Shown here: positions 38,860 to 48,618 of the stretch, piece by piece | How the letters are laid out: each line of letters opens with the position of its first letter | How positions within the stretch are numbered: the stretch's first letter is position 1 | Source: an uncultured Candidatus Saccharibacteria bacterium | GTDB lineage: Bacteria; Patescibacteriota; Saccharimonadia; Saccharimonadales; UBA10212 | Direction: 5' to 3' | Assembly: GCA_964514575.1 (NCBI GenBank) | Contig: CAZETJ010000001.1 | Location: 56,014 to 120,013, forward strand | DNA length: 64,000 bases | Notes under the pieces: model-generated | Told to the model about the DNA's origin: nothing | What the model saw: only the letters and a program-made list of their open reading frames with translations | Databases searched by the model: none | Translations under genes and position numbers: made by a program

Positions 38860-40188
38860 ATGGACGCAGACAAAGGTGGTAGCCGGCTTGCAAGACAACT
38901 GTCGATCGTTGTCGCTTTAATTTTGATCTTACTGCCATTTGATGAACTTTTGACTGTCTGGACGGCCAGCAGATTTAATCATTTGGACCTTTTCCACATC
39001 TGGAAAGAAATTCTCATCACCATAATGGTTGCACCAACAGTTTGGCTGGCTTTACGGCACGGCCTGCTCAAAAAGACTTTTTTTAAGTCCTGGCTATTTT
39101 TATTAATTGCTGCTTATGGACTGTTGCATTTGATTTTAGGAATGTGGGCCTTTCACGACAGACAGGTCAACGAGACGGCTTTGATATACGGGCTAATAAT
39201 CAATCTGCGGTTTCTTGGGTTCTTCCTGGTTTGCTTAATGCTTTCAGCGCTGCATCCCTACCTACGACGACACTGGAAGTTTATATTGCTGGCTCCGGCC
39301 AGTGTAGCGGTCTTCTTCGGGCTGATTCAAAAACTTATTTTACCGACCGATTTTTTGAAGCACTTTGGCTACGGTCCAAAAACTATTCCGGCTTATCAAA
39401 CCGTTGACTCCAATCTAGACTATCGCCGCATTCAGTCCAGCTTACGCGGCGCCAATCCTTTCGGAGCTTATCTAACTTTTATTATCCCCGGTTTTATATT
39501 AAGTTTGGCTAAACGCCGTGGCTTGCAACTACTGGCCGTAGCCGGAGCTTTAGTTGTTTTGTTCTACACATATTCGCGCAGCGCCTGGGTAGGATTGGCT
39601 ATTAGCTTAGTGATCCTGGGCTGGTTGTCGCTTAAGAATTTAAGCGGTCGTTGGGCTATAGTCGCGGTGATTGTCTTGGCAGGCGGTTCAATTGGAATCT
39701 ATAGTCTTCGCTCAAATCAGGTAATCCAAGATGCATTGTTGCATACCAGTGTTAGCTCAACTTCACCGCAAAGCTCCAATGCTCTAAGAAGCATAGCTAT
39801 TAAAAATGGTATCCGCGACGTCGTGCATCAGCCCTTGGGCCGCGGACCGGGCACGGCTGGTCCGGCCAGCTTTCGTAGCAACCATCCGGCTCGCATAGCT
39901 GAGGATTATTATCTGCAGATCGGGCAGGAAGTCGGTATACTTGGGCTGGCCATCTTCTTAGCAATAAACATGCAGGTCGCCCTAAGTCTGTGGTCGCAGA
40001 GGCAGGATATATTGGCCCGGATCTTGCTGGCCGCCTTGGCGGGCATTTGTTTTATTAATTTAGTCTCACATGCTTGGACGGACGATACTCTCAGCCTGCT
40101 GTGGTGGGGGTTGGCTGGTGTCTCGCTTGGTCCTGTTATACTGCAGGGTAGGCAAGGTCGAAATGGAAGAATTCAAAAAAGCGCATAA
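38860..40188 (+). CDS. O-antigen ligase/polymerase-like (Wzy_C) polytopic membrane protein
   Basis: ~11-12 TM helices with a large loop; second Wzy_C-like protein of the locus. Confidence 0.55.
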   Translation: MDADKGGSRLARQLSIVVALILILLPFDELLTVWTASRFNHLDLFHIWKEILITIMVAPTVWLALRHGLLKKTFFKSWLFLLIAAYGLLHLILGMWAFHDRQVNETALIYGLIINLRFLGFFLVCLMLSALHPYLRRHWKFILLAPASVAVFFGLIQKLILPTDFLKHFGYGPKTIPAYQTVDSNLDYRRIQSSLRGANPFGAYLTFIIPGFILSLAKRRGLQLLAVAGALVVLFYTYSRSAWVGLAISLVILGWLSLKNLSGRWAIVAVIVLAGGSIGIYSLRSNQVIQDALLHTSVSSTSPQSSNALRSIAIKNGIRDVVHQPLGRGPGTAGPASFRSNHPARIAEDYYLQIGQEVGILGLAIFLAINMQVALSLWSQRQDILARILLAALAGICFINLVSHAWTDDTLSLLWWGLAGVSLGPVILQGRQGRNGRIQKSA

Positions 40189-40651
40189 ACGTCTTTGGCA
40201 GTTTGCTGAATATTTATTCACTGGCGGAATTTATTTCTGGGTCGGCTATATTCTGCTGGACGCATTTTATTACGGCCTGCACTGGAACCTATGGTGGTCG
40301 ACAATTGTTAGCAGCGTCATAGGCTGGGCGGTTAACTATCTCATGCAGCGTTACTGGGTTTTTGCCGGTAGCCAGTTAAAAGAGCACCAAACGCAAGTCA
40401 CTGGTCGATACGCTATCATCACTATCGCTGACTTTTTGCTTAACTACCTGATTTTGTTTGGACTGCGGAAAATCGGAATCACGCCAGCCATCGGCCAATT
40501 CTTTGGCGCGGCTTTTTTCACCGGCTGGAATTACGTTTGGTATCGCTACTGGGTATTTCCAGAGAAAGCTGACGTATTAAAACTTAAGCTAGCAGTCCAT
40601 CATTTATTAGCGCACCGGGCTCATGGACATGGTGCGTTCCGGGTAGGCTAG
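40163..40651 (+). CDS. GtrA-family polysaccharide-synthesis membrane protein
   Basis: 4-TM small protein (…YFWVGYILLDAFYY…QRYWVF…WNYVWYRYWVF) typical of GtrA. The track ORF begins at 40070, but the in-frame ATG at 40163 (MEEFKK) is the more plausible start. Confidence 0.6.
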   Translation: MEEFKKAHKRLWQFAEYLFTGGIYFWVGYILLDAFYYGLHWNLWWSTIVSSVIGWAVNYLMQRYWVFAGSQLKEHQTQVTGRYAIITIADFLLNYLILFGLRKIGITPAIGQFFGAAFFTGWNYVWYRYWVFPEKADVLKLKLAVHHLLAHRAHGHGAFRVG

Positions 40652-40654
40652 GTT

Positions 40655-41122
40655 ATGGCCGAGACAGTCCGCCCAACCAAAAAACAACGCGAACTGCTGA
40701 CGTTTATTGAGGAGTTTATTGCCGAGCACGGTTACAGTCCGAGCTACCGGGAGATTATGAAAGGCATGGACTATAACTCGGTAGCCACCGTCAGCCTGCA
40801 TATCAACAACCTGATCAAGCGCGGCCACCTGGCCAAACGCGATCACTCGGCTCGCTCGCTGGAGCCAGTAAAAGGCGTTAGTGATGAACCGGTGCGCGTT
40901 AAGCAGCTCAAGGCCAGTGAAGAAAAATGGCTGGTCGGCAAAGTCGAACTTTATTTTAAAGAAGCCGAAGAGGCAGTAGTTCTAGACGAGAAAGAACTTG
41001 ACCGACTCTATGTGTTGGTTGGCGCGCTAAAAGTACTTGGTTTAGACGGTGCCGCCCAAGCTTACATTCCACGCCTGACGGCGCTCAAAACGAAGGCCGC
41101 TGATCGTAGTTACACGGTCTAA
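40655..41122 (+). CDS. LexA-N-terminal-like winged-helix DNA-binding protein lacking an S24 peptidase domain
   Basis: [51 protein letters not shown] matches the LexA DNA-binding domain; the C-terminal ~80 aa are coiled/charged with no Ser-Lys dyad context. Confidence 0.55.
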   Translation: MAETVRPTKKQRELLTFIEEFIAEHGYSPSYREIMKGMDYNSVATVSLHINNLIKRGHLAKRDHSARSLEPVKGVSDEPVRVKQLKASEEKWLVGKVELYFKEAEEAVVLDEKELDRLYVLVGALKVLGLDGAAQAYIPRLTALKTKAADRSYTV

Positions 41123-42738
41123 GGCGAAACCGGCGCGTCAGCCTGGATGTCTTCGGTGGGTTTAGTCGCTAGATGGGATCCTTCGCGCAGAGGAGCTTCT
41201 CGTAAAAAGAGCGCCACTACGAAAGCGCCAATAGCAAACGGTATGCCAAGTAAAAACATGTCATGGAAGGCGTGAATGAAAGCCGAGAAAACTGTGTGTT
41301 GAGCCGAGCTCGACAGGCGGCTAATTTGCGCCGGACCATTTGTAACTATGCTGCTAGTCGATACGTGCTGGGCTGCGGCGGCCGGCAATGACTGGCTTAT
41401 GTAGTGAGTCAGTCTTGAAATTAGGATTGAGCCAAAGATTGCTCCACCTAGACTGCTGCCAATAGTTCGAAAGAAGGTGATGGCGCTCGTAGCCGTGCCA
41501 AGATGTTCGCGGTCTACTGAATTCTGAACTGCCAAAACCGATACCTGCATGAACGAACCTAGACCGAGGCCAATAATCAGCATCCAGGTTGACAGCGCCA
41601 GCAAGCTACTGCTGAGTGTGACGTGACTAAACAGCCACATCCCAATCGCAATCATTAATGTGCCAAAAATCGGGAAGGGCTTATAGCGGCCAGTTTTTGT
41701 TATGATCCTGCCGGACGTGATAGAGGCTATCATCATGCCGGCAATCAATGGTAGGGTGGCCAGGCCTGATTTAGTCGGCGAGTATCCACGGACAATTTGT
41801 TGGTATTGCGGAATATATAAGATGCTGGCGAACATTGCCACACCAGTTAATACAGAGAGAAGGACGGACACGCTAAAAATATCACTCCTAAAAAGATTCA
41901 TTGGAATCAGCGGCTCGCTAGCTCTGCGTTCCCACATAACAAAGGCCACAGTAGCAATGACTGAAGTAGCCAGCAAGCTTAGAATCTGCGAACTGCCCCA
42001 AGCATAAGTTATACCAGCCCACACCGAAACCAAAAGCAGGCTTACGACCGATAAGCTCATTAAGGCCGTGCCCATAAAATCTAACCGATGCTTGCGGCGA
42101 GTGACTGGCAGGTGAAGACGAGTGGCCACCGCCGCAAGTGCGATAACGCCAATCGGCAGGTTAACATAGAATATCCAGCGCCAGCCAGCCACGCCAAACA
42201 AGGAATTGGTATCAGCAAAGAATCCACCAAGCAGCGGCCCGGCCACACTAGCTAGTCCCCAGACAGCGCCAAAGTATCCCTGGTAGCGGCCTCTTTGCCG
42301 CGGCGGAATAATATCGCCTATGATTGCCAAAACTAACGCTATAAGCCCGCCGGCGCCTACGCCTTGAAGTGCCCGGAAGGCGACCAGCTGATCCATGTTG
42401 CGGGATAGCCCGCAGAGCACTGAGCCGATCAAGAAGATAACTATAGCTGTTTGGAAAATCTTTTTGCGGCCAAGCATATCGCCAATCTTGCCGTAAATCG
42501 GCGTAACGAGGGCGCTTGTCAATAAGTAGGATGTGGCAACCCAAGAATATTTATTAAGACCGTGGAGGTCGGTAGCGATTTTCGGCAACGCGGTGGCGAC
42601 AATGGTTTGGTCAAGCGCTGCTAACAACATGACCATCATCAAAGCGGTCAAGACCACCATGATCTCGCGGTGGCTGCGTTCGCCGTGAGGGTTGGCCGGC
42701 GCCGGAGCACCCATTCTATTTGTCAGTTTTTTTATCAC
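41119..42738 (-). CDS. MFS transporter, DHA2 (14-TM drug:H+ antiporter) family
   Basis: 14 predicted TM helices and an MFS motif A-like [10 protein letters not shown]; 539 aa. Confidence 0.85.
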   Translation of the reverse strand: MIKKLTNRMGAPAPANPHGERSHREIMVVLTALMMVMLLAALDQTIVATALPKIATDLHGLNKYSWVATSYLLTSALVTPIYGKIGDMLGRKKIFQTAIVIFLIGSVLCGLSRNMDQLVAFRALQGVGAGGLIALVLAIIGDIIPPRQRGRYQGYFGAVWGLASVAGPLLGGFFADTNSLFGVAGWRWIFYVNLPIGVIALAAVATRLHLPVTRRKHRLDFMGTALMSLSVVSLLLVSVWAGITYAWGSSQILSLLATSVIATVAFVMWERRASEPLIPMNLFRSDIFSVSVLLSVLTGVAMFASILYIPQYQQIVRGYSPTKSGLATLPLIAGMMIASITSGRIITKTGRYKPFPIFGTLMIAIGMWLFSHVTLSSSLLALSTWMLIIGLGLGSFMQVSVLAVQNSVDREHLGTATSAITFFRTIGSSLGGAIFGSILISRLTHYISQSLPAAAAQHVSTSSIVTNGPAQISRLSSSAQHTVFSAFIHAFHDMFLLGIPFAIGAFVVALFLREAPLREGSHLATKPTEDIQADAPVSP

Positions 42739-42849
42739 GAAGAACGGAGCACCTTTCGCTTTTATTGGGCGGGCAGACGCAGCTTAATTATTAAACCCGC
42801 CAAGTTATCTTGGATATATTATAGCTTAAATTTCGCTCGGCGGGAAAAT

Positions 42850-43092
42850 TTAGTAGCCGCTAGTTGTACCGTTTGTACCGGTCTTGCGAATCCAGATGAA
42901 GTAGATGACACCGTAAACGATCACGGCCAGTACTACATAGATCAAAACCCATTGCCAGACTGGACGCTTACCATAGCCGCCTTTAGTGGGCTGCTTTGGT
43001 GCAGTCGGCACTGGCGGCCTATCTGTTGGGGCTGGAGCCTCGGCTTGTTTTGGCTCAGTGGCTGGCGGAGTTTGTGTAGCTTGTGGGGGCAT
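42850..43092 (-). CDS. small Pro-rich single-pass membrane protein
   Basis: Pro-rich N-terminus followed by a TM (WQWVLIYVVLAVIVYGVIYFIWI). Confidence 0.4.
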   Translation of the reverse strand: MPPQATQTPPATEPKQAEAPAPTDRPPVPTAPKQPTKGGYGKRPVWQWVLIYVVLAVIVYGVIYFIWIRKTGTNGTTSGY

Positions 43093-43141
43093 ATCAAAAC
43101 CTCTTTTAGTTACTATTCAATTGTATCACCGCTTATGCTTA

Positions 43142-43993
43142 TCAAGCGAAGCGAAGGATCATCAGAATGCCAAAAATAAACGAATACCAAGCAAACGGTT
43201 TAAGGGTCTTAGTTTGAAAGTAGCGAGTCAGCCAGCGTACTGAAAAATACGCGGCGATGCCAGCGGCGATGCTGCCAACCAAAATTTGTCCCCGGACACC
43301 ATTGCCTAAGGGGCCAAATAAATCCGGCAATTTCAAAATGCCAGCGCCCAATATAACTGGTGTGGCTAGCAGAAAAGCGAAATCGGCCGCGTCTTTATGC
43401 GATAAACCCCGGACTAGGCCAGCCACCATGGTCACGCCCGAGCGGCTGATGCCAGCTAGCAGAGCTAGAACCTGGGCAGTACCAATAATGCCGGCCTCTT
43501 TGTAGCTAAAGTTGGCCAGCTGTCGCCGAGCCTTACGCCCCTCAGCGGCTTTGCGGTAACGCTCGCCAGCAAACAAGATCAGTCCGTTAATGGTTAGGAA
43601 AATCGCTGCCGCCAAAGGTTTGGCAAAAAGTACCCGAAAAGCATGTTCCAACACCACGCCAGTTATGCCGGCCGGAATAGTAGCTACAACCAATAGCCAC
43701 GCCATTCGTTCCGTGGGGCTCTCCACTTTCCTAGTTTTTAACGACCTGAAGAAGCCCTTAATGATCCTTGTCCAGGTTGAGCGGTAGAAAATCAGCAATG
43801 CCGTGGCGGTGGCCACATGCAAGCCGACCAAGAAAGCTAAGAAATATGATTCGGGGGAGGACTGGGCTTTGACTAAATTATGCCAGCCAAAAAGTGCTGG
43901 TAATACAACCGAGTGGCCTAAGCTGGAAACCGGAAAAAGTTCGGTTATGCCCTGCAAAATGCCTAAGATTAGCGCCTGGAAGTAAGTGATCAC
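43142..43993 (-). CDS. uppP: undecaprenyl-diphosphatase
   Basis: N-terminus MITYFQALILGILQGITELFPVSSLGHSVV is the BacA/UppP signature. Confidence 0.9.
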   Translation of the reverse strand: MITYFQALILGILQGITELFPVSSLGHSVVLPALFGWHNLVKAQSSPESYFLAFLVGLHVATATALLIFYRSTWTRIIKGFFRSLKTRKVESPTERMAWLLVVATIPAGITGVVLEHAFRVLFAKPLAAAIFLTINGLILFAGERYRKAAEGRKARRQLANFSYKEAGIIGTAQVLALLAGISRSGVTMVAGLVRGLSHKDAADFAFLLATPVILGAGILKLPDLFGPLGNGVRGQILVGSIAAGIAAYFSVRWLTRYFQTKTLKPFAWYSFIFGILMILRFA

Positions 43994-44127
43994 TCATACA
44001 GTATATCAAGGCCTAACTCTATAGGCTGATCGTACCTCACGTCCACTGTGGTTTTTATTCAGCCGCGCTGTGACGGTCCATAAAACCTCCTAAGCCGCTA
44101 ATTCTCTCGCAATTTAAAATTAGATTG

Positions 44128-45222
44128 CTAGAAACCAGTTTCGATCGCGAGCCTGGCAGTGAAGGCCGCTAACTTTTTTTCTATAACACCACGGCGGGCA
44201 TCTTTTAAACCAAAGCTTTTACGCTCGATGTGCGGAATCTCCTTTAGCCCAAGCTTTTTGGCTACAGCTAAAGTAGTTCTATCCGGGGTGGAAGCGCTGG
44301 CAGTGATAGCGGTCAGGCCTTCGCTAGGGCCAAGTTGCTCGGCCTCCTCGACACTAGCCACAGAAACGACTTCGGTCGCCAGTGAGTCTTGAGCCACCAG
44401 GCGTTTGCCTAGCTCTACATAACCTCTACCGTTTTTAGATTTAAGGTCAGTTACGACCACTAGTCTATCCGGCTTAAGTTGAATTAGCTGTTTGACCCCA
44501 GCCTGTCTTAATCTGACTGCTTTGCAAACGTTGCCGGGGGCTACCCAACTAACTCGCGCCTCTGGTTGCTGGCTTTTGATATAGTCATACAATTGCTGGC
44601 GACAAGCCCTATAATCTTCATCGTTCAGCGTAGTCTGAGAAATTATACGGTAAAGTTGGTCATCACAAAGTAGATCGTTAATCTCGGAAGGCTTCTCGGT
44701 GAGTCTTACATAGGTCCGATCTATGGGCTCATGGATGAGCTGCCCGTCCCGGACCACGTAGTCTAGATGGCCAACCATACCCTGGACTTCATCGTGTAAT
44801 TTTTCTACCTCGCCAGGCTTGCCCTGACAGATATAAATGACTTTTTCGTTGTTTTCGCGAGCTTTCTCGACGCCGGCGTGTGTATAAAGGACCAGAGGGC
44901 AGGCGGCCTCAAAGACCAGTGAATCTTTGGCCTTCAAGGCGTAGACGACTTCTGGGCCGACGCCGTGCGCACTAGTTACCACCACACTGCCGGGCGGGAT
45001 TTCATCAACCCCATTTACAAATATGACTCCATTTTGCTCATGTTCACGAACTACGTCTTGGTTATGCACAACATCGTGATAGCCGTAAATATGTAGGATC
45101 CCACGGGCTAGAGCTTCGGTCGAGACTTCTCTTAGTAAATCGTCGGCGGCTACTACGCCCTCACAAAAACCAAAATCATCAGGGAAGACCACCTCTGTTT
45201 GAGGCCGAGCCATCTCGTGCAT
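44128..45222 (-). CDS. ispH: 4-hydroxy-3-methylbut-2-enyl diphosphate reductase (IspH/LytB) with C-terminal extension
   Basis: GFCEGV (Cys ligand), HDVVHNQDVV (…HN..VV motif) and SAHGV are IspH hallmarks; ~50 aa longer than typical. Confidence 0.8.
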   Translation of the reverse strand: MHEMARPQTEVVFPDDFGFCEGVVAADDLLREVSTEALARGILHIYGYHDVVHNQDVVREHEQNGVIFVNGVDEIPPGSVVVTSAHGVGPEVVYALKAKDSLVFEAACPLVLYTHAGVEKARENNEKVIYICQGKPGEVEKLHDEVQGMVGHLDYVVRDGQLIHEPIDRTYVRLTEKPSEINDLLCDDQLYRIISQTTLNDEDYRACRQQLYDYIKSQQPEARVSWVAPGNVCKAVRLRQAGVKQLIQLKPDRLVVVTDLKSKNGRGYVELGKRLVAQDSLATEVVSVASVEEAEQLGPSEGLTAITASASTPDRTTLAVAKKLGLKEIPHIERKSFGLKDARRGVIEKKLAAFTARLAIETGF

Positions 45223-45224
45223 AA

Positions 45225-45767
45225 CTATTTGGTCAACTCTTGAATTAAGACGTTGTCTTTTAACTTTTGCAGCTGGTCTTTAAACCAATAGGAATAAGTG
45301 TCAGGATTTTTGCCGATCAGGTCGTCTAATTCAGACCAATCTACCCAACGCAAAGTTTCCACTTCTAGCGGGTTAGGTTTAGGCTCCTGCAAAGCTCGGA
45401 CCACGTACACGGGGCAAATTTCATTCTCGATGATGCCGTTATAGGGCGGAGTTTTATAGCGATAATCAGGCAGAACCACCTTAAGGTCTTTGAATTCAGT
45501 AATCCCTAGTTCGTATTCGAGGCGCCGTTTGATAGCGTCCTGCGTAGATTCGCCGGGCGAAAGGTGGCCGCACAAACTGTTGGTCCAGACATCCGGCCAG
45601 ACTTTTTTAACGTGGGCTCGTTGTGTCAATAAAAACTGACCTTTCTCGTTAAAGACATAACAAGAGAAGGCCAAGTGAAGCGGTGTGTGGGAGGTATGGA
45701 TTTCTAGCTTGGGTGCGGTGCCAATTGGCGTGCCGCCATTATCTACTAGAACAACTTGTTCAGACAC
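45225..45767 (-). CDS. idi: isopentenyl-diphosphate delta-isomerase, type 1 (Nudix)
   Basis: HLAFSCYVFNEKGQFLLTQRA…WPDVWTNSLCGHLSPGES and a Nudix box E..A.RRL.EELG. Confidence 0.85.
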   Translation of the reverse strand: MSEQVVLVDNGGTPIGTAPKLEIHTSHTPLHLAFSCYVFNEKGQFLLTQRAHVKKVWPDVWTNSLCGHLSPGESTQDAIKRRLEYELGITEFKDLKVVLPDYRYKTPPYNGIIENEICPVYVVRALQEPKPNPLEVETLRWVDWSELDDLIGKNPDTYSYWFKDQLQKLKDNVLIQELTK

Positions 45768-45850
45768 TCACCTACTATAACATCGTTCTTCGTTGTTAGA
45801 TGATAGTGATAATTAGTTAAGCTGGTCGAGTATAATTGAGCTAACGACTT

Positions 45851-47269
45851 ATGGCATTGACTACTCATCCCGGGACAGTCGATCTAGTAGCTATCCGCCG
45901 GCAGATAGTCGGTTTGGATACGAAAGTTCCAACGCTTTCCGGCGCAACCAAGACTTATATAAATTTTGACAATGCTGCTAGTACACCGCCGTTTGCTAAA
46001 GTCTTAAAGGCCATTAATGACTTTGCGCCTTGGTACTCTTCGGTCCATCGCGGTAGCGGCTTTAAGAGCCAAATTGCCTCTGAGGCTTATGAGCAAGCAC
46101 GTGAAATAACTTTGGATTTTTTTGGCGCCAACCCGTGCCAGCACACCGCGATTTTCGTCAAAAATACCACCGAGGCTATAAACAAACTGTCCTACCGCCT
46201 AGAGCTATCCAAGGATGATGTTGTGCTGGTCGGTTTGATAGAGCACCACAGTAACGATTTGCCCTGGCGGCGCGCAGCGCACGTTGAGCATATCGGTATT
46301 GATGAACAAGGTCGCCTGGACGAAGCCGACCTCGGCCGCTTGTTTAAAAAATTTGGCCAGCGTGTAAAGTTGCTAGCCATCAGCGGCGCCTCCAACGTAA
46401 CTGGTACTTTGCCAAACATCTATAAGCTGGCCGCCAAAGCCCACGCCCACGGCGCTCAGATTCTGGTGGACTGCGCCCAGCTAGCGCCGCATCGGAAAAT
46501 TAACATGAAAAACTTGGAGGACCCAGAGCACCTCGACTTTATCGCTATCAGCGCTCACAAAATGTACTCGCCCTTTGGCACAGGTGCATTGATCGGCCGG
46601 CGGGATACTTTTGAGCGGGGAGCGCCGGAAGTTTGCGGCGGCGGTACTATCAATGTGGTAACTGAGGACGAGGTTGAATGGGCTGCGCCGCCAGATCGAG
46701 ACGAGGCGGGTTCGCCGAACGTGGTTGGCGCTGTGGCCTTTGGCAAAGCGCTGAAGCAGTTTTCCAAAATCGGCATGGATAAAGTCGCCAAACACGAAGC
46801 TGAGCTGACAACCTATGCGCTTAAGCGTCTGAGCGAAATTCCAGGGATAGTGATTTATGGTCAAACAAATCCAGCCCGAGCCGGCCAACGCCTGGGTGTT
46901 ATAACCTTCAATTTGAGTGAACTTCATCACGAGCTGGTAGCTGCCGTTTTAGGCACCGAATGGGGAATTGGCGTACGGTCTGGTTGTTTCTGCGCCCACC
47001 CGTATGTCACCAAACTACTGGGTTTAGATGCCAAGCAAACCAAACAATTCCGCTCAGCTGTACACACCGGCGATCGCCGCCATATCCCAGGCATGGTTCG
47101 GGTGAGTTTTGGCATATATAACACTAAATCTGAAGTCGACGTTTTGGTAGATGCCCTAGACCAAATTGCTGCCGGTGCTTATGAGGGTGAGTACGACCAA
47201 GACAAAACCACCGGTGAATTTAAAGCCCGCGGCTGGTATCCCCGGCTCGAAAACTACTTCAGCATATAG
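45851..47269 (+). CDS. class-V aminotransferase / cysteine desulfurase (SufS/CsdA-like)
   Basis: PLP-lysine context SAHKMYSPFGTGAL, SGASNVTGT, and a catalytic Cys context RSGCFCAHPY. Confidence 0.8.
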   Translation: MALTTHPGTVDLVAIRRQIVGLDTKVPTLSGATKTYINFDNAASTPPFAKVLKAINDFAPWYSSVHRGSGFKSQIASEAYEQAREITLDFFGANPCQHTAIFVKNTTEAINKLSYRLELSKDDVVLVGLIEHHSNDLPWRRAAHVEHIGIDEQGRLDEADLGRLFKKFGQRVKLLAISGASNVTGTLPNIYKLAAKAHAHGAQILVDCAQLAPHRKINMKNLEDPEHLDFIAISAHKMYSPFGTGALIGRRDTFERGAPEVCGGGTINVVTEDEVEWAAPPDRDEAGSPNVVGAVAFGKALKQFSKIGMDKVAKHEAELTTYALKRLSEIPGIVIYGQTNPARAGQRLGVITFNLSELHHELVAAVLGTEWGIGVRSGCFCAHPYVTKLLGLDAKQTKQFRSAVHTGDRRHIPGMVRVSFGIYNTKSEVDVLVDALDQIAAGAYEGEYDQDKTTGEFKARGWYPRLENYFSI

Positions 47270-47484
47270 ACTGTACGACCATAACCTCTGATCAGGGTTG
47301 CTCAAGGAACGTCGTATTTTACGGTGCTGCTGCCAGTCATCGATAATGTTTCCCAAGCTGTGCAACCTCGCACTCCTTTCTCGCTGACTTGATACTAGGC
47401 AAGCCAGCCGATAGTTTCTGTTAACAAATTGGCTTGCCAAAGCATTATAACCAGACTTTAATAACACTCATATTAAGTTGAACC

Positions 47485-47919
47485 ATGACATTAAGAAATA
47501 AAAAAATAAAGATTATTCTGACGGTCGTAGTTCCGATCGTTGCCATAGGTGCGGTTGATTACTTTGCTTGGTATAAGGCGCCAGCTGACTGTGGAACAAT
47601 CGAAACGCCCAGCGCAACAGCATACGACACCAATGTAAAAGTTTCACAAAGCGACTATAGTAAATTATCCACCTGTTTCACTAAGCGCTATTTTGGTCTT
47701 CGATCTACAAAAATAAGCATAGAAAACAAACAAAAAGACTCAGGCAATACTTACATATTTACTTATAAAGGAATGAAAATCAGCGGGGTTAGCGACTCAT
47801 TTAATCAATACGGAAGTGCAAAGTTTGGCTTTGGCTGTAGCTCAGCTGTAAAAACTCAAAGTAGCATGATCTTTACTTGTCAGAACGGCAATTTTAAGTA
47901 CGTCGTCAGCTCTATTTAG
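47485..47919 (+). CDS. hypothetical secreted/membrane-anchored protein
   Basis: N-terminal TM/signal (IKIILTVVVPIVAIGAV) and multiple Cys; no domain recognised. Confidence 0.45.
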   Translation: MTLRNKKIKIILTVVVPIVAIGAVDYFAWYKAPADCGTIETPSATAYDTNVKVSQSDYSKLSTCFTKRYFGLRSTKISIENKQKDSGNTYIFTYKGMKISGVSDSFNQYGSAKFGFGCSSAVKTQSSMIFTCQNGNFKYVVSSI

Positions 47920-47940
47920 CTTCCATAGGCTATTTGTAAC

Positions 47941-48516
47941 TTAGAAGGTTTTACAGATCGGCACGCCAGTCTGTTTGCTGATATCTTGAGCCGCAGTGGC
48001 GTTTATGATTTTGCTAGAGATACACAGAGGTTCACCAGTCCCGGCACCGTAAGCAAAACTGCGGCTACCGTCGCTAGCTATCTTAAAGGCCATTACTCTC
48101 ACGGGTATAGTCGTATCGTTGGCGCAAGCTACCAAGTAAGCTTGGTAATTGTCTACTGGTTTAGGTGTTAGCGAAGCCGAGACCAATTCACTATTGTCCT
48201 TGCTAGCACATTCTGGTCCGAAGTCCGAGCTCGTCGGTAGGGCGTAGAGCTTCTGGGCAGCTTCAAGCGCACTAATCTGAGAATTGGCACCCGTGAGACT
48301 TTGCTGACTGGTTTTAAGTTTCGAGTGCTGCCACGAATAAACACCGTAAATCAACCCAAAGGCAAGTATTAGGACCAAGACGACCATAGCCCAAGACCGG
48401 CGGCGGCCATTGTGTGGCCTAGGCACAGTTGCCTGCGGAGGATTAGGGGCAGGCGGGATATCAGGTGATAAGGGAGCAGGCGCTACATTTGTTGGAGGTT
48501 GAAAGTTTGGTTCCAT
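47941..48516 (-). CDS. hypothetical Pro-rich single-pass membrane protein
   Basis: Pro-rich N-terminus, TM (WAMVVLVLILAFGLIYGVY) and an extracytoplasmic Cys-containing domain. Confidence 0.45.
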   Translation of the reverse strand: MEPNFQPPTNVAPAPLSPDIPPAPNPPQATVPRPHNGRRRSWAMVVLVLILAFGLIYGVYSWQHSKLKTSQQSLTGANSQISALEAAQKLYALPTSSDFGPECASKDNSELVSASLTPKPVDNYQAYLVACANDTTIPVRVMAFKIASDGSRSFAYGAGTGEPLCISSKIINATAAQDISKQTGVPICKTF

Positions 48517-48618
48517 ACCAAAATTATAACAAACTACTTATGTTTATGGCTCCCCTAGACGAATGGTATCACTGATGTATGCAGTCGGCCCGGCAACAGG
48601 GTCGGCGCCAACCTTCTA

